Shown here in pieces: positions 49,701 through 61,740 of a DNA stretch of 64,000 nt. The notes under the pieces were generated by a model, which did no database searches, was not told where the DNA came from, and saw nothing but the letters and a program-made list of their open reading frames with translations. The stretch comes from Utricularia gibba (lineage: Eukaryota > Plantae > Magnoliophyta): positions 2,976,001-3,040,000 of the forward strand of contig NEEC01000014.1 of the NCBI GenBank assembly GCA_002189035.1, written 5' to 3'. A program made the translations under genes and the position numbers. Every line of letters starts with the position of its first letter. The first letter of the stretch is position 1.

Positions 49701-50600
49701 TCTTGAAAAACTTGGATCTTAACCTACAAGATATGTATTTAATCTTAGAAGATCCGAATAGAACATTTGATGTGAGTCCATCAAGAAAGCCCGACAAGTC
49801 TCCACCATTATATAAAGATCCAAACACGAAGATCAAAGGAGTTAGTCAGGGGGGATGACCAAAGAGTCAATTTTAGGGTTTAGAGTCGAGTCTAGCATGT
49901 TTTGGATTACTTTCTTTTCGTTTTTCATCAACTTTTGTTGTTTAGAGTCGAGCATGCGCGTGTGAGCGCTAGCGGCTGATAATCTACTGTGAAGCCTTGC
50001 TTGCACAAGTTATGCGCATGTGACTGTCTTACTATATTTTTCACCATTTAATTTGAGGTCTTATCCTATTTTTCGCAACTATTTCTTTACCAACATTATC
50101 TTTAGTATCATATAGCCCTAAGGGAGTGTGGGAGAATCAAAGGTTAGCCTCAAGCACCTAAGAAGAAGGGTTAATCAGATATCGTTGGTAAGACACATTT
50201 TGTCTAATATGTCTATGAGGTGAGAGGTATAGGAGTTAGATTTGGGTGTAGTTAAAACATAGGTTATCACAAGAGGTGAAATGGCTCTGGTGGCGTGGTT
50301 GATTCTATAATCCCACAAAACAAGGAACTGTGTTATAACGGTCACCGAGTAGCATTATTTAGCATAAAACCCCAAAGCTTGCGTAAGCAGGTCAGTTCTC
50401 AGGGTTTTCACACATGCAGCGAGTTTCGAGTAAGGTAGATCTTAGATCAAAGACCACTTTTCTTATTGTTCAAAACCAAATTTTTTTTTTCTTTTCAATC
50501 TTTTTAAATATTTGTTTTGAAAAGAAAATTCCAATAACAATTTCCTGTAGATATGATCTTTTTTTATTACTTTGACAGTTTATGTTCACTTATAGAATCA
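43730..50600 (+). mobile_element. Athila-type Ty3/Gypsy element, 5'-truncated, with a near-complete gag-pol and a 3' LTR (49422-50600)
   Basis: PPT AAGTGTGGGGGAGT before TGATAAGTG at 49422; LTR ends GAATCA at ~50600; internal AACTGTGGGGGAAAT motif at ~48205; no 5' LTR found. Confidence 0.9.
43750..47940 (+). pseudogene. Athila gag-protease-RT-RNaseH-integrase, interrupted by a few stops and frameshifts
   Basis: LHVNIPFTDVMLQMPTYAKFLKDIL; LYDLGSSINLMP; WRMCIDFRRHN..TRKDHYPLPFIDQILERL; RMPFGLCNAPGTFQRCM; VFMDDI; [15 protein letters not shown]; GLDFMGPFPSS; [15 protein letters not shown]; KLKSRWRGPY. Confidence 0.95.
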
Positions 50601-50755
50601 CCATGCATACACTTGGACCCACCTATTTTTGAAATAAACAACTCACACACTCCATTTCCAAAAGCATGAATACACCCACTTACCACACACATTTTTTATA
50701 TTGATTGGGAAAACATCAGCCTAAAATCCGCAAGTGCCTACAAATGGCCAATATT

Positions 50756-52146
50756 CCAAAACAAAAAATCGTTTACACTTTTCATCGAGTCTTCTCTAAT
50801 ATTATAGATAAATTAAAAATCAATTAGAGTTTGTTTTTTATTTCATTTTATTTATTTTTTTCCTTGAAAAGATAAGCTATTCATTTTATAATATTTTTTT
50901 AAAATTAGAATTCATGAACTCGCCCTTGATTGTGGCAACACCTCATAAAAAGACTTCCCAATGACTTCAAATGGGAAGAATGAAAGGGGATTAGTATGCT
51001 CATTCTTATCTAAGAATCAACCCTTCAGTTAAGTTTAGTAGCTAATTTTTTAAAAAATCTCATTGATTTGATCATTCATCTTTAAATACAATGAAATTGA
51101 CTTGAGTAAAAAAAATACATATCCAAAACACACATCACATTAAAGGAACACATAACTAAATCTTAAATAGTTCAAATGATGAGACCAAGAAACCCTGAGG
51201 AAAAAGAATAGAAAACCGTAATTAATAAGAGTCCATCGTAAGAGAAATGAAAAAATCTAATTATTGTGACATTTTAATTGGATAAAAAAATTAATATTTA
51301 ATTAATTGTTTTTTGACCTTTAACATTATCTTTGAATTAATCTAAATTTTATAAAATAATTTGAAGTCGTGGGGGATCGCTTTACATATTACAATATTAT
51401 GTATTCAATGCGTGTTTAATATTTTGCATGTATTTTTCTAAGAGTGAAGAAGACAACAAGTACAAGGGAATAAAACAGCAATTAAACAAAAAGAGTCACA
51501 CATAAAAGTGGAGAAACTTAGCACAAAGTACCTCTTACTTTTCCGTCGCCAATAGATGCAAGCCCTACTACAGCCAATCCAGCAACAATAACGGAAAGCC
51601 GCAGAAATCATTGGGTTCAATCAAGGAATCAATTTTTTTAGTTCATTATTCCACCTACAAGATCCAAGTAACATTCCAACTTTGAACTGCATTCATATTA
51701 TTATTGTTTTTTTTATAGATAAAATCTTTGTAAATCCATAACACTTTCGTTTTTTCATTTCTAAATTATGATTTCAATTCTTCATGTGTTCTTTAGTTCA
51801 TCTCTTTTTTTAGTTCATATAAATATAGATTTTTAGTGCATAATACATATAAAATATTAACTATTTATTATATACATGTATTTCTTCCATCCCCTAACGT
51901 ATCAGATTCAATTATATTGTAGAGCCAATCCATTTTTTCGGAATCCCCTTCTTTATAACCTTTTTTTCTACCTTGTTGTTATACTTCAAAGGAATTCACA
52001 GAAGCAAAGTTCATAGAGAACATACGAGAACATCAAGTGCTCATTTAAAGCGGTCAAGGTACTCCTCCACTGCGGTACACTTGAAATCAGGATAGAGCTC
52101 CGATGCCTCCCTGCCGAATGATGGCTTTATTTCCAAGTAGGTCTGA
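50756..52146. repeat. Segmental duplication, copy 2 (paralogue of 37843-39266)
   Basis: Same colinear blocks as copy 1; forms the 3' flank and last exon of the second IFR-like pseudogene. Confidence 0.9.
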
Positions 52147-52893
52147 TGAAAACAGAGTGGTTTGTCGACAGTAGGATGTTTACTGGAACTGGTTGTTAAC
52201 CCACATGAGCGTCTTCCCTAAAAAATAAAGCCACAAGCTCCAGGTCAAAAGGTACCTCGTCTTCCCCAACATCTCGGAGGTTGTTGAAGACGTTGAGTGA
52301 GATTCCAAGTATACCTATTTGAAGGCCCTGATTTCATTTTCGTTGTAGTTCTTTTTTCTTTACAAGCATCAGACTTTTGTTTCATTTTGTCCAAAACCAT
52401 CAGCTTGCTTCCATTTTTGCAAAACCTGAGAGTTGTGTTCCTTGCTTTCTATCTTTCGTTCAAATTGCCACTCATAACTATGTAAAAAAGCACAGATGTT
52501 TGATTTTTGGGCAAAGATGATCAACGAGTTCCGATTCGGGTTACCTTGGATCTGCTTCAGAATTTGCTCTACTGGGTTGTATTCCTTGCCAAGTGTCTTG
52601 TTGATCTTCTTCTCCCACAAGGCAACCTGCTCGTTGAACGTGATAGTGTTGCTCGCTGGTTTTATGCAGAGGATCTTTTCCGGAGTCTGTGGATCATCCC
52701 CAGACCTTGACAACATAGATGAGCACATCTTTGACGTTTGCATCTCCATGGATGGCAACATTCTCTCGAGGAATAGTGGTGGCACCCACTTGCGCCAGAG
52801 TCAGGAGGAAATACCCAGCAAAATAGTTGGAAAAACGTAGGTGTAAAATATGCCTTGGGCTTCAATTGTGCGGTAGATTTTAACTTTGATCTA
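52041..52893 (-). pseudogene. Isoflavone-reductase-like (NmrA family, IFR/PCBER-like) pseudogene, copy 2
   Basis: KVKIYRTIEAQGIFYTYV..NYFAGYFLLTLAQVGATTIPRENVAIHGDANVK; DDPQTPEKILCIKPASNTITFNEQVALWEKKINKTLGKEYNPVEQILKQIQ|GT intron; PVPVNILLSTNHSVFI..EIKPSFGREASELYPDFKCTAVEEYLDRFK*. Frameshifts; 5' exons absent. Confidence 0.9.
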
Positions 52894-53534
52894 AAAAATT
52901 CTGATAATAGCAATTGTAACCTAACTCTTTTCAAATTTTGGTAAAATTAACCATCATATTTATAACACATTAATAAAGTTTGTAATTTTGACATGCTCAT
53001 TGGCAAAATAGATTTGCAAATCCAATTTCTTAATTTCTTGATATATTTGCAAATCCAATTTCTACCATCAAAATTTATTTTCTTGATATATTTGATCCTG
53101 AATATTTAATAAACATGGCAGTTTTGACCAGCTAGTTTAACCAGTTCATCAAGAGTGACCCTGTCAAAACTGCCTAATGTTCTTTCAACATTTTTAGGAC
53201 AAAATTAACATAATCATGGGTATTTTAGTCATTTATGAAGTGGATTTGCCTATAAATACAAGTGCTCACGTTCATCATTTCACACTTAATTTTTTGTGCA
53301 ATTTTCGAAATAGTGTTATACTCAACTAAACTAAAAAAGGAGAACGCTGGGTAACACTCAAAAAAAATAGGATGCTCGGCAACATTCAATGGACTTAAAA
53401 CTCAGATTTGGGTATTCTACTCGACAACACTCGGTAAAGACTCTTAAACACCTTACCGAGTATTACTCCTGATAAAAAAATGTTTACATAACTCATCCAT
53501 TTAGAAAACTCATGCATTTGATACTCGGTCTGTG

Positions 53535-53760
53535 TTATGAACACCCTATCTAAATTCCTAACACTCGGTTGAATCCTGATCACCTTGTCAAAATTTTAGA
53601 AACTGGATGAACCCTGGACATCATGTCGAAGTTATAAACACATTGTAGAACCTAGACACCTTGCCCAATTGGTGAACACTTTATTAGACCCTGAACACCC
53701 TCTTCAAATCTTGAACACTCGATTAAACCCTAAAAACCCTGTCTAAATCCTGAACATTCG
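53535..53760 (+). repeat. Degenerate minisatellite of ~19-20 bp subunits forming a ~39-bp period
   Basis: Alternating GAACACCCT.TC.AAATCCT-like and GAACACTCG.TT.AACCCT-like units, about 11 subunits. Confidence 0.55.
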
Positions 53761-54084
53761 GTTATAGTAAATGGCACTCTGTAACACTCTGTGGCAATCG
53801 ATAACTATTGATATTGCTTAGTAATAGTCGGTGCAGGTGTATTTGGATGATAATACAATGATCGATATCAGACATGACACTAATGATGACGATACATATA
53901 AAATTCTAGACAAATATTTTCCAATAGAGCTTAATAAAGATGAGATTCATCTACTATATTGGTGGCATCATCAGGAGAATCGAAAAATATGTTAAATGAA
54001 GTATCATCAAACATCATAATTATGGAGGAATAAGACATTTTCAATATGGATGTTGAAAGTTGTGGTAATTCAGAAGGGTGACAT

Positions 54085-54391
54085 TTTAACAATCCATGCT
54101 TGCCTTACATGATATTGTTCGATTCAGGTACCCAATCTTCATGATTTTACATTCTCCTCTTTTGGGCAAAATACTTTGTACATGATTTGGAGAGTCATTG
54201 TATTTAAACACATCTCCTTCCCTTTCTATAACCAATGTGGGATATCATCACAAAGTTCCTATCCTTACATTCTTCCTTTTTAAGACTCTGCATCCTCATT
54301 GAATATTCCCTCATCACATCGTTGGCATGAACCCGGGTTTGACTCTGATACTAAATAGATTGACCTATCTTTCCCTTGTACGATATTGTAT
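54085..54391 (-). mobile_element. TRIM-like miniature LTR element, 5' LTR cut by LTR-A
   Basis: Minus strand: ACAATATC-containing LTR end, PBS-like AGTATCAGAG, ~90-bp internal region, purine tract AAAAAGGAAGAA, then an LTR with ATCCCACATTGG and a second AACAATATC. Confidence 0.5.
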
Positions 54392-56325
54392 TGATAAACG
54401 AAAAATTTACACGTCGTTAAAATGTAGATCTTCCTATCAAATAAAATTTATAACCTAACACACATTCAAGCATAAAACAATTATGAGCATAGTGGTTAGG
54501 GTTGAACACGAAGAGCTGGTGCTTGCCATGTGATTAGTCCATGCATGCAATCAGTGTCACGTTGCTAAATTGGTCTTAACTAGGACTAAGACAGAACTAC
54601 AACGGAATACAATAAAGAATAGTAATAAGTTTTGGACCTCGGTTGTTTTTGGAATGAAATTAGTGATGCCTTGGAATTCCTAAGGGATGTATGCTTATCA
54701 CTAAACATGCTTACACAAACCAGAAATCATACAACTAACTCACAAGATCTAGGTCTACCCGAACTCTTGTTTTCCCCCTAATCTTTGATCTACTTCTAAT
54801 TAGGGTTGTTAAGTTGAGTTTCACTACTTCCTCCTCCTGGATCTATTCTGGTTTGTTAAGGAAGTGGCGTGACTTATGACTGATTAGGTCTAAAGATTGA
54901 TTAGTACGTTTCTCTCCCTTTCACCCCAAGGCACCCCCTAAGTGCTCAGTCACTCATGCTTAAGGTAAACGAAAATAGGAAAGAGAACATCATCCACAGT
55001 GTAGTCATTTCACAGTCGAATACCAGAAATCAAACAAGCAAGTAATGTAAAATGTCAATAGAAAACTAGAAACGTCGCTAGCTACTCTTAGCTAAAAACA
55101 ATATTCTTTAGTCTTGAAACTTCAGCTTCGTTCCTGTTCGTCTTCCTCCTTCCTCCCCAGAAAAACCTTCTCCAGAAAGAATGTTCATGAGTCTGCAATG
55201 GAGAGATCTGCCTTCTCTCTTTTTCTCCTCCTTGGATTTTGTGTGTACTCCTTTTCAGTCTTCTGCCTCATCCTCTGCCATTGCACTGTTCATATTTTGC
55301 TCCTTGGGATTTGTGTTGCGACCTGCATTGCATTGCTCGAATAAAACTATTAGAAGATTGATGATTTAGTCTCAACTAAGACTAAAATAACACAATTACG
55401 ATACTTATGTGCAAAAATATAAATCTAGGTAGTAAAACTTAATTTTTGCAGCACAATATGAATCTTTTCCATGTAGTTAATCACTCAAAAATATGTGTTA
55501 TCACATTATGCTACAACGACACTAGACTTGTCCTCAAGTCCTAACTAAGACTAACAGGAGGCAAAGAGTTAACGAATCTCGCACACAGCAATCTGGATGC
55601 TTAGCATTCAGCTTAAAATGCATGAATTGAAGGGGTGCCAGTGTGCATGTGAGGGTGTCACTCAAGTTTACATGACAGTTTCATCCTGAAAGGTGTATTC
55701 GAAAATTAAATGAGCAAGAGCAGCATATGCTTACCTTCAAAGGATGATGGTTGTCACTACTATTTTTTCTCTTCCTTTCTTTTTTTTTCATTCTCTTTCT
55801 CTCTTTTTTTTTCTACAGAGATCGAGACCAGCGAGAATTTAGAGTTCAACTCAGGTAATTTTTACTTCCCCTCTTTGTATGTGAGTGTGGGCAATGCACC
55901 CCTCTCCTTATTCCTCCAGAGGTCCCTTCTACTCCTCTGAGTTGTTCTCATAACCTCCCTGTGCTCTTTACTCTGCCGTCTGCACACGCTCTTTTATTGT
56001 GTGTTGCTTTTCAAGACCTGGGTCTCATCGCTTTTCTGGTGATGATGCTTTTCTAACCCCTTTGTTTTTGTTATCTAAGGATTTCGTGACAACCAGTCTT
56101 CCATGAAGGATCAATACATGCCAATTTATCAAAAAAATCTTGAATGCACCAATCCGACTACATTGAACATGCTGCTATTTCACGGAAATGATCAAGGGAA
56201 AACATGCTCACTGATTCATAAATAGCCATAACAAAATTCATGCATTTCGTGCATCATGAAAAACATCTTACGCTTGTAAGAGAATTCTTCAACCATTCAC
56301 AAAATTCTTCTGTCCATAACATCAA
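54392..56325 (-). mobile_element. Athila family A 3' LTR (54392-55503) with adjacent 3' internal region
   Basis: TGATAAACG...TGTTATCA termini; aligns with 16756-17780 and 19400-19650. Minus-strand TTGAGGACAAG motif just inside; 55593-56325 aligns with 26701-27420. Confidence 0.85.
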
Positions 56326-56631
56326 TTCCTTATATAGACGATATTTATTTATTACTTTGATGATTTATATATACTCATATAATTAACATCAACTTTATAT
56401 TCAAATAAAAAGATTTTCATAGGAGACGAAAAGATAAATTTTGAACAAAAAAGATCTTATATACTCTTTTCTCTTGGTTTTTCCAACTATTTAATATCAT
56501 TTTATTTTCATTTTTTTCCAATGTATTTCGAATGTATGTAGCCAGGCCTTGTCCAATTATATTCCTTAATAAAATTTTATTGTGCAGTACATAGATTACT
56601 TGATGCTAAATTAAATAAAAAAATAGAAATT

Positions 56632-57050
56632 TCAATGATGGCATTCCATAGATTCACCTATATAAGCCACGACTGAAGTTACAAAAGTAAGAGCAACACC
56701 GACGGACTCATCTGCTAAGATTTCACTTGTGAGATATTCGTGGGTACAAGGATTGAGGTTGGTTGAATATATTTAACCAAATAGCTTATTTTTGGATAAG
56801 GCGGGCATAGAAATATGCTCCACACATAAGTAATGTCAAAGCAAAAGTAGTATTTATATCATTGGTTGGTGCCGCCAACTCTCCATGAAGTATTTATTTC
56901 TATGATAAAAGAGCTCTCCAACGATTAGAAACAAAAAGAAGTAGCAACATAGTTCTAATAAAGAAACTCAAGGGCCCTACTCTTCCCTAATTTGGGTTTG
57001 ACTCACATCTTAAATGAATTCAACAACATATTCAAAGAAATTCTTTTTGA
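56632..57050 (-). pseudogene. atpI: Plastid atpI fragment (NUPT) with internal deletions
   Basis: KNFFEYVVEFI*DVSQTQI.EE.GP; FVSNR..AL; [17 protein letters not shown]; KYIQPTSIL.P.NI; ILADE; AYIGESMECHH*. Confidence 0.9.
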
Positions 57051-57309
57051 ATAATAACTAATCAAATAATATTGCTAATTATTTTTATCTATTTCATATA
57101 TTTTTAAATAAAAAATAACTGATTCAAAAAATTGATTCAATTTTTTAAATACAAGATTTTATCATATAATTTAATTTAAAAAAGCATTTCTTAAATAGTG
57201 TGTGGGCTTTTGGTATGTTTAAAGGGCTTCGATACTATGTATTATTGGCGATTTTGTGGAAAACTTAAGAAGACTAGCTCATGCTTGTCTGGAAAAAACA
57301 AAAAAATCA

Positions 57310-57445
57310 TGAATGCTTTTTAGAAAATGGTTGTCCTTTTGTTTTTGCTTTTCCATTCTCAAGTTCACCTCTAAAGTATTGTTTCTATAGATGACTCATT
57401 CATGAACATTTCGCTCAACCATTTATTGTTAATGTTACATAATTT
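57310..57445 (-). pseudogene. rps2: Plastid rps2 fragment (NUPT)
   Basis: NKWLSEMFMNESSIETIL and ..ACTTGAGAATGGAA.. align with recalled Rps2 KKWLGGMLTNWSTTETRL..DLRME; upstream of atpI on the same strand, as in plastomes. Confidence 0.6.
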
Positions 57446-57459
57446 GTGGCTGTCTCGTG

Positions 57460-57760
57460 TGTTATAGTTCAGTGCAAACTCAGAGCAAACCCAGAACAGA
57501 AACAAGAAAGTAAAGAACACGAGATTTTAATGTGGAAAACCGAATCAGTAAAAACCACGGGTGCTAGTCACACCAGATCAGAAAACCCTTCACTAATAAT
57601 TTGGGTTTCAAAACAGGAGCAAGAATAGCTCTAAGAACAACAGGCGTTTTCCCAAAATGAGAAAACAGCGATTCTGTAAATGTCGCTATAGAATCGACTA
57701 GGATGTTTTCTCCTCGCCTTCCGCAATCTGAGATCGAAGGCACACCCAGATGTTTTCTAG
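57460..57760. mobile_element. Probable Copia-type solo-LTR fragment
   Basis: TGTTATAG start and AACACGAGATTTTAATGTGGAAAACC...AAAAACCACGGG, a motif set seen in many plant Copia LTRs; end not defined. Confidence 0.35.
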
Positions 57761-59080
57761 TAAAATTTGTAATTTGTATACCATTATGCTTTGGGATTCA
57801 ATTTAATGTTTCTGTAGATTGCTTTTACTATTTTGATTTCCAAAAAGGTGAATTAGCTTTTAAGTTTTTACAAATGATTAAATACTATAAAGTCGGTGAT
57901 GAATCAAAGTATCTCTCATTTCCTCTTACAGGATATTATTTTTCAATTTTTTTATGACAAAGTCAATATTACCAATAGGTATTATAGTACTTTAATAAAT
58001 TTTACAATTTGGTTCTATGTATCGATAATATTGGTCCAACTGTGATCTTAGAAGTTGAATCATTTTAATGTATTTTATTGTCATATTTGATATATATTAT
58101 TTAATTACAATGGAGTTTTGACCAAACACTTACACCGATTCATCTAAAATGATTTGGTCAAAACTGTCGAACGTTGAATTAACACCATTAGTGTAAATTT
58201 GATGTAGTTCGGGACATTTACATCATTCTATATTTCAAATCTTTTATAAATACAGTCTCCTCCTCCTGATTTCACAAAACATATCCTCACTCAGTGTCAA
58301 ATGTCATTTTCTCACTATTTCTTACGATGTTTTTATGCTTAATTATAATTAGAAATGTCTAATTAGGAGTCTATAATATAAGATTTAATTTTTTATCTAG
58401 TTTAGGATAATTATCCTAAATCTTGTATTTTATTTAATAATTTTGCTAGTTTTAATTGAGTTTTTCTAGAGGCGCACACGTGGCAAGAAGTGAGATAATG
58501 AGGGTACCAGATGGCGACAAATTGGATCTTACCAAGCTGACATTCCCTTGATTTCCAGAAGACTGCAGATGTCTAATCATGAGCCTTGACGTGCGGAATA
58601 CGGGAGTCTTTGACAGGCGACATCATTAGCATACCAGTGTCAGAGCAGATGTTTGTTTGCAATTAACCCCAAGTTCAGTAGAATCACAGGAACACAAAAA
58701 CTCAGACTCTTATTGAAATTCAGTTCAGTTCAGACATTGAACAAGTAGTAGTTAGTTTAGTTTTAGGGTGTAGTCTGTGCCACTTAATCAATAACTTTTA
58801 CTTAATTGACAAGTAGAAGTTATTGTACAAGTAGATACACAATAAATAGAAGTAGTCTATTTGAAATTATTAATAAGTAGAAGTTAGTAATAAGTAGAAA
58901 ATAAATTGTAGAAGTAGACTTTATATGAGTAGTAGTATTATCTTAAATTACTTATATACCCTTGATTATTATAATATTTTATTATGTTATATTAATACAT
59001 GTTCATTGTAAACAATCTTGAAAAGAAATTATCAAAGCATAGTACATATAATTGAAAAGTCGAAAAATAAAGGCATTGCA

Positions 59081-60290
59081 TTACATTCCTCCTCGATAAG
59101 TGGCCCATAACTGATTTGCAATAGAATCACGAAGAGTATCCATAGATTGATCAGATTCATGATTTTGACTTTCATTATCTTCTTCTTCCTCTTCTTCTAA
59201 CTCACTATTATTAGGTATATCACTACTTGCACCTTCATATTCTGAGAGATGAGCACTATCATCTTCAGCATTCACACGGCGTAGCCATTGTAGCTACTAC
59301 TAATCTCACTTGGTGCTTAAATTTCTTGGCACATCATTCACCATATGAAATCTTTTCTTCCATACTCCAAATGATCTCTCGATTACATTTCGAAGTAAAG
59401 AATTTATGTGATTGAAGTACTCTCGTGAATTTTTGTATCCTCTAGTTGTTCTACGTTGAAAATCCGGTAGGTGATATTGCTCACGACGATAAGGTGTCAT
59501 AAATCAAGTGGTGTTGGCAAATCCAGCATCTACCACATAGTACTTACTTGGGGGTATTGCGGGAAAGCGGAGACACTCCTCATTAACGCATTCTCTAAGA
59601 ATTCTACTGTCATGCGTTATTCCTTCATAGCCAACTATAATATAAGTGTAACGCATATCGAAATCACAAACAGCAAGTATGCTTTGGGTAGAATAACCCT
59701 TACATCCAATGTATCGCACCCTTTCATCTTTAGGAACACATGCTTTGATATGAGTTCCCTCTATGGCACCAATACAGTTACTAAAGTAAGAATAACTGGC
59801 ATTATTTATGAAAAAAGGATGAATCTATGTGTTATTGTGTTTTAGCGTAATCCACTCTACTGCCATCCGATTAACTGCTTTCAAGATATTGTGGAAAGCA
59901 CTATGAATAGTATCTCTCCCATGACCAAAGAATTCTTGTAAATTAGAGTAATCTTCTCCTTTGCCCACCCTTCTCAAGAAAATAACGACCTCTTCTTCTA
60001 CAGGAACAAATTTCCTTTTGGATAGCCCATAATTATCCACAAGCATCTCACAAAATCGTAAGAACACACGGCTATGTATTCGCAACTCATTATATACATG
60101 AGCGTCGTGGACATTCAACATTGATAGCAATAAAGACCATCCACTAGTTTCTCGATCATACATTGGTTTCTTCACAAGGAAGTGCTTGTGATAATCTCTA
60201 AGAAGCTTTAGTTGAGCCATTTGAACGTTGATGAAATCTGACATTGTCGAGCTTCCTTGCTCTCCTCATCATCATCAGAAGAATAAACGA
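59081..60290 (-). pseudogene. Harbinger DDE transposase (HARBI1/ALP1-like)
   Basis: LRIHSRVFLRFCEML..EEEVVIFL..G; CIGAIEGTHI (first catalytic D appears as E); QSILAVCDFDMRYTYI..GYEG.THDSRIL; YYVVDAGF; RNVIERSFGVWKKRF; acidic tail. In-frame stops at ~59825, ~59504 and ~59306. Confidence 0.95.
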
Positions 60291-60805
60291 TGCATTGTTA
60301 AAGAAAGATGCCATTGAAAGCAAAGAGATGCAAGTACTCTCAATCTCCATGTGTGATTATAAAGAAAAAAAATTTGTGTTTTCTCAAATCTCTATGTGTG
60401 CTAGTTAGAATCCCAATTTTTTCATCAATCCCGAGACATAAATTTTTGAAATGTCATTGGAGGAGCACATTGACAATGACTTTGTATTTTCTCAAATCTC
60501 TATGTGTGCTAGTTCGAATCTCGAACTAGCAATGTACCCACCTATTCATGACAAAAGCAGTGAATAGTAGTATCAACATAGTAGTATTTTTTAGTATTTT
60601 TTTATAGAGATATTCATTAATATACAAACAAAACATATATAAAATTTATAATTATAAATTCTTATGAATTAAATATATAAAAACGAATTACTGATGTTTT
60701 AATTATTTAAATTATATTAATTGATTTAAATAAAAATTATAAATAAACACAATTTCATGTGTTACCCATGTCCATCGGAAACTCACACGGGCATGGGTTT
60801 GTAAA

Positions 60806-61051
60806 TTATAAATATACAAACCCACTTTTAGTAATTCGATTACTAAAAGTGGTATTTAACAATTCGATTACTATGGCATTCATAATATTCTCCCATCCTT
60901 TTGGTCTAAAAGTGGTAGTGGGTCGGTTGCCCTTAGCAATTTTAGCGATCATGGCTTCCAGTAATATATGCGTCTTATTTGTATCCCAAGTAGCGGTTTT
61001 TCCAATTCTCTTTGTTGATATCTTGCTTCGGTTGTCTTCCATTTGTATCAC
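60806..61051 (-). pseudogene. Harbinger ORF1 Myb/SANT-like DNA-binding protein, truncated
   Basis: ATWDTNKTHILLEAMIAKIAKGNRPTTTFRPKGWENI, a Myb/SANT-like N-terminus upstream of the transposase; the rest is deleted. Confidence 0.75.
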
Positions 61052-61389
61052 CTAAACATGAGAAGCATATAGTGGAATTAAAAAGAGAAAAAATAACAAA
61101 ATGAAGAATGATACATATTTATTTGCTATCATATTGGGATATGTAAAATAATCAACTAAATATTCCTCAAAAATACTAACACAATGCATGAGTAGACATG
61201 AATGAAGTGTATAGAACAATAATATTTTCAAATTAAATGGAATATCATTAGCACTATCATATAAGAAAAAGATATGAATACTATAACAAAATACAATAAA
61301 ATGAAAACAATAATATCTTCAAATTAAATGACCCTAATAACAAAATGAATATTCTAATTTAGGCTTCTAATATCTAAACCACCCTTATT

Positions 61390-61740
61390 CCCCTTCTCTA
61401 AAATACACCCAACGGCATCATCCTCCCCAAACCCCAAATGCACGGTGCTTCACCCACCACTAAACCCCAAAGCCCCAAATGCATATTGTTGAACCCACCA
61501 TATTCCCCAAGCCCCAAATGCACATTGTTACACCATCACCTTCCTCAAGCCTCAAATGCACCCTGTTGCACCCACCAATTTCTCCAAGCTCCAAATACAC
61601 CCTACTACATCCACCGCCTTCCCCAATTCCCAAATGCACCTTGCTGCACCCTCCTTCTTCCCCAAGCCCCAAATGCATCATGCTGCACCCTACTTCTACC
61701 CCAAGCCCGAAATGCATCTTGTTGCACCGTATTCCCCCCA
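61390..61740 (+). repeat. 39-bp C-rich minisatellite (8-9 copies) inside the Harbinger element
   Basis: Unit CCCCAAGCCCCAAATGCACCNTGNTGCACCC(N)8; no unique spacers. Confidence 0.9.

Noticed and set aside
53535-53760. CRISPR-like array
   Set aside because: Degenerate head-to-tail units without unique spacers, no cas genes, eukaryotic context.
59081-61051. Domesticated ALP1/HARBI1-like gene or host MYB gene
   Set aside because: TIRs and TSD are present and both ORFs carry stops or deletions, which indicates a decayed transposon.
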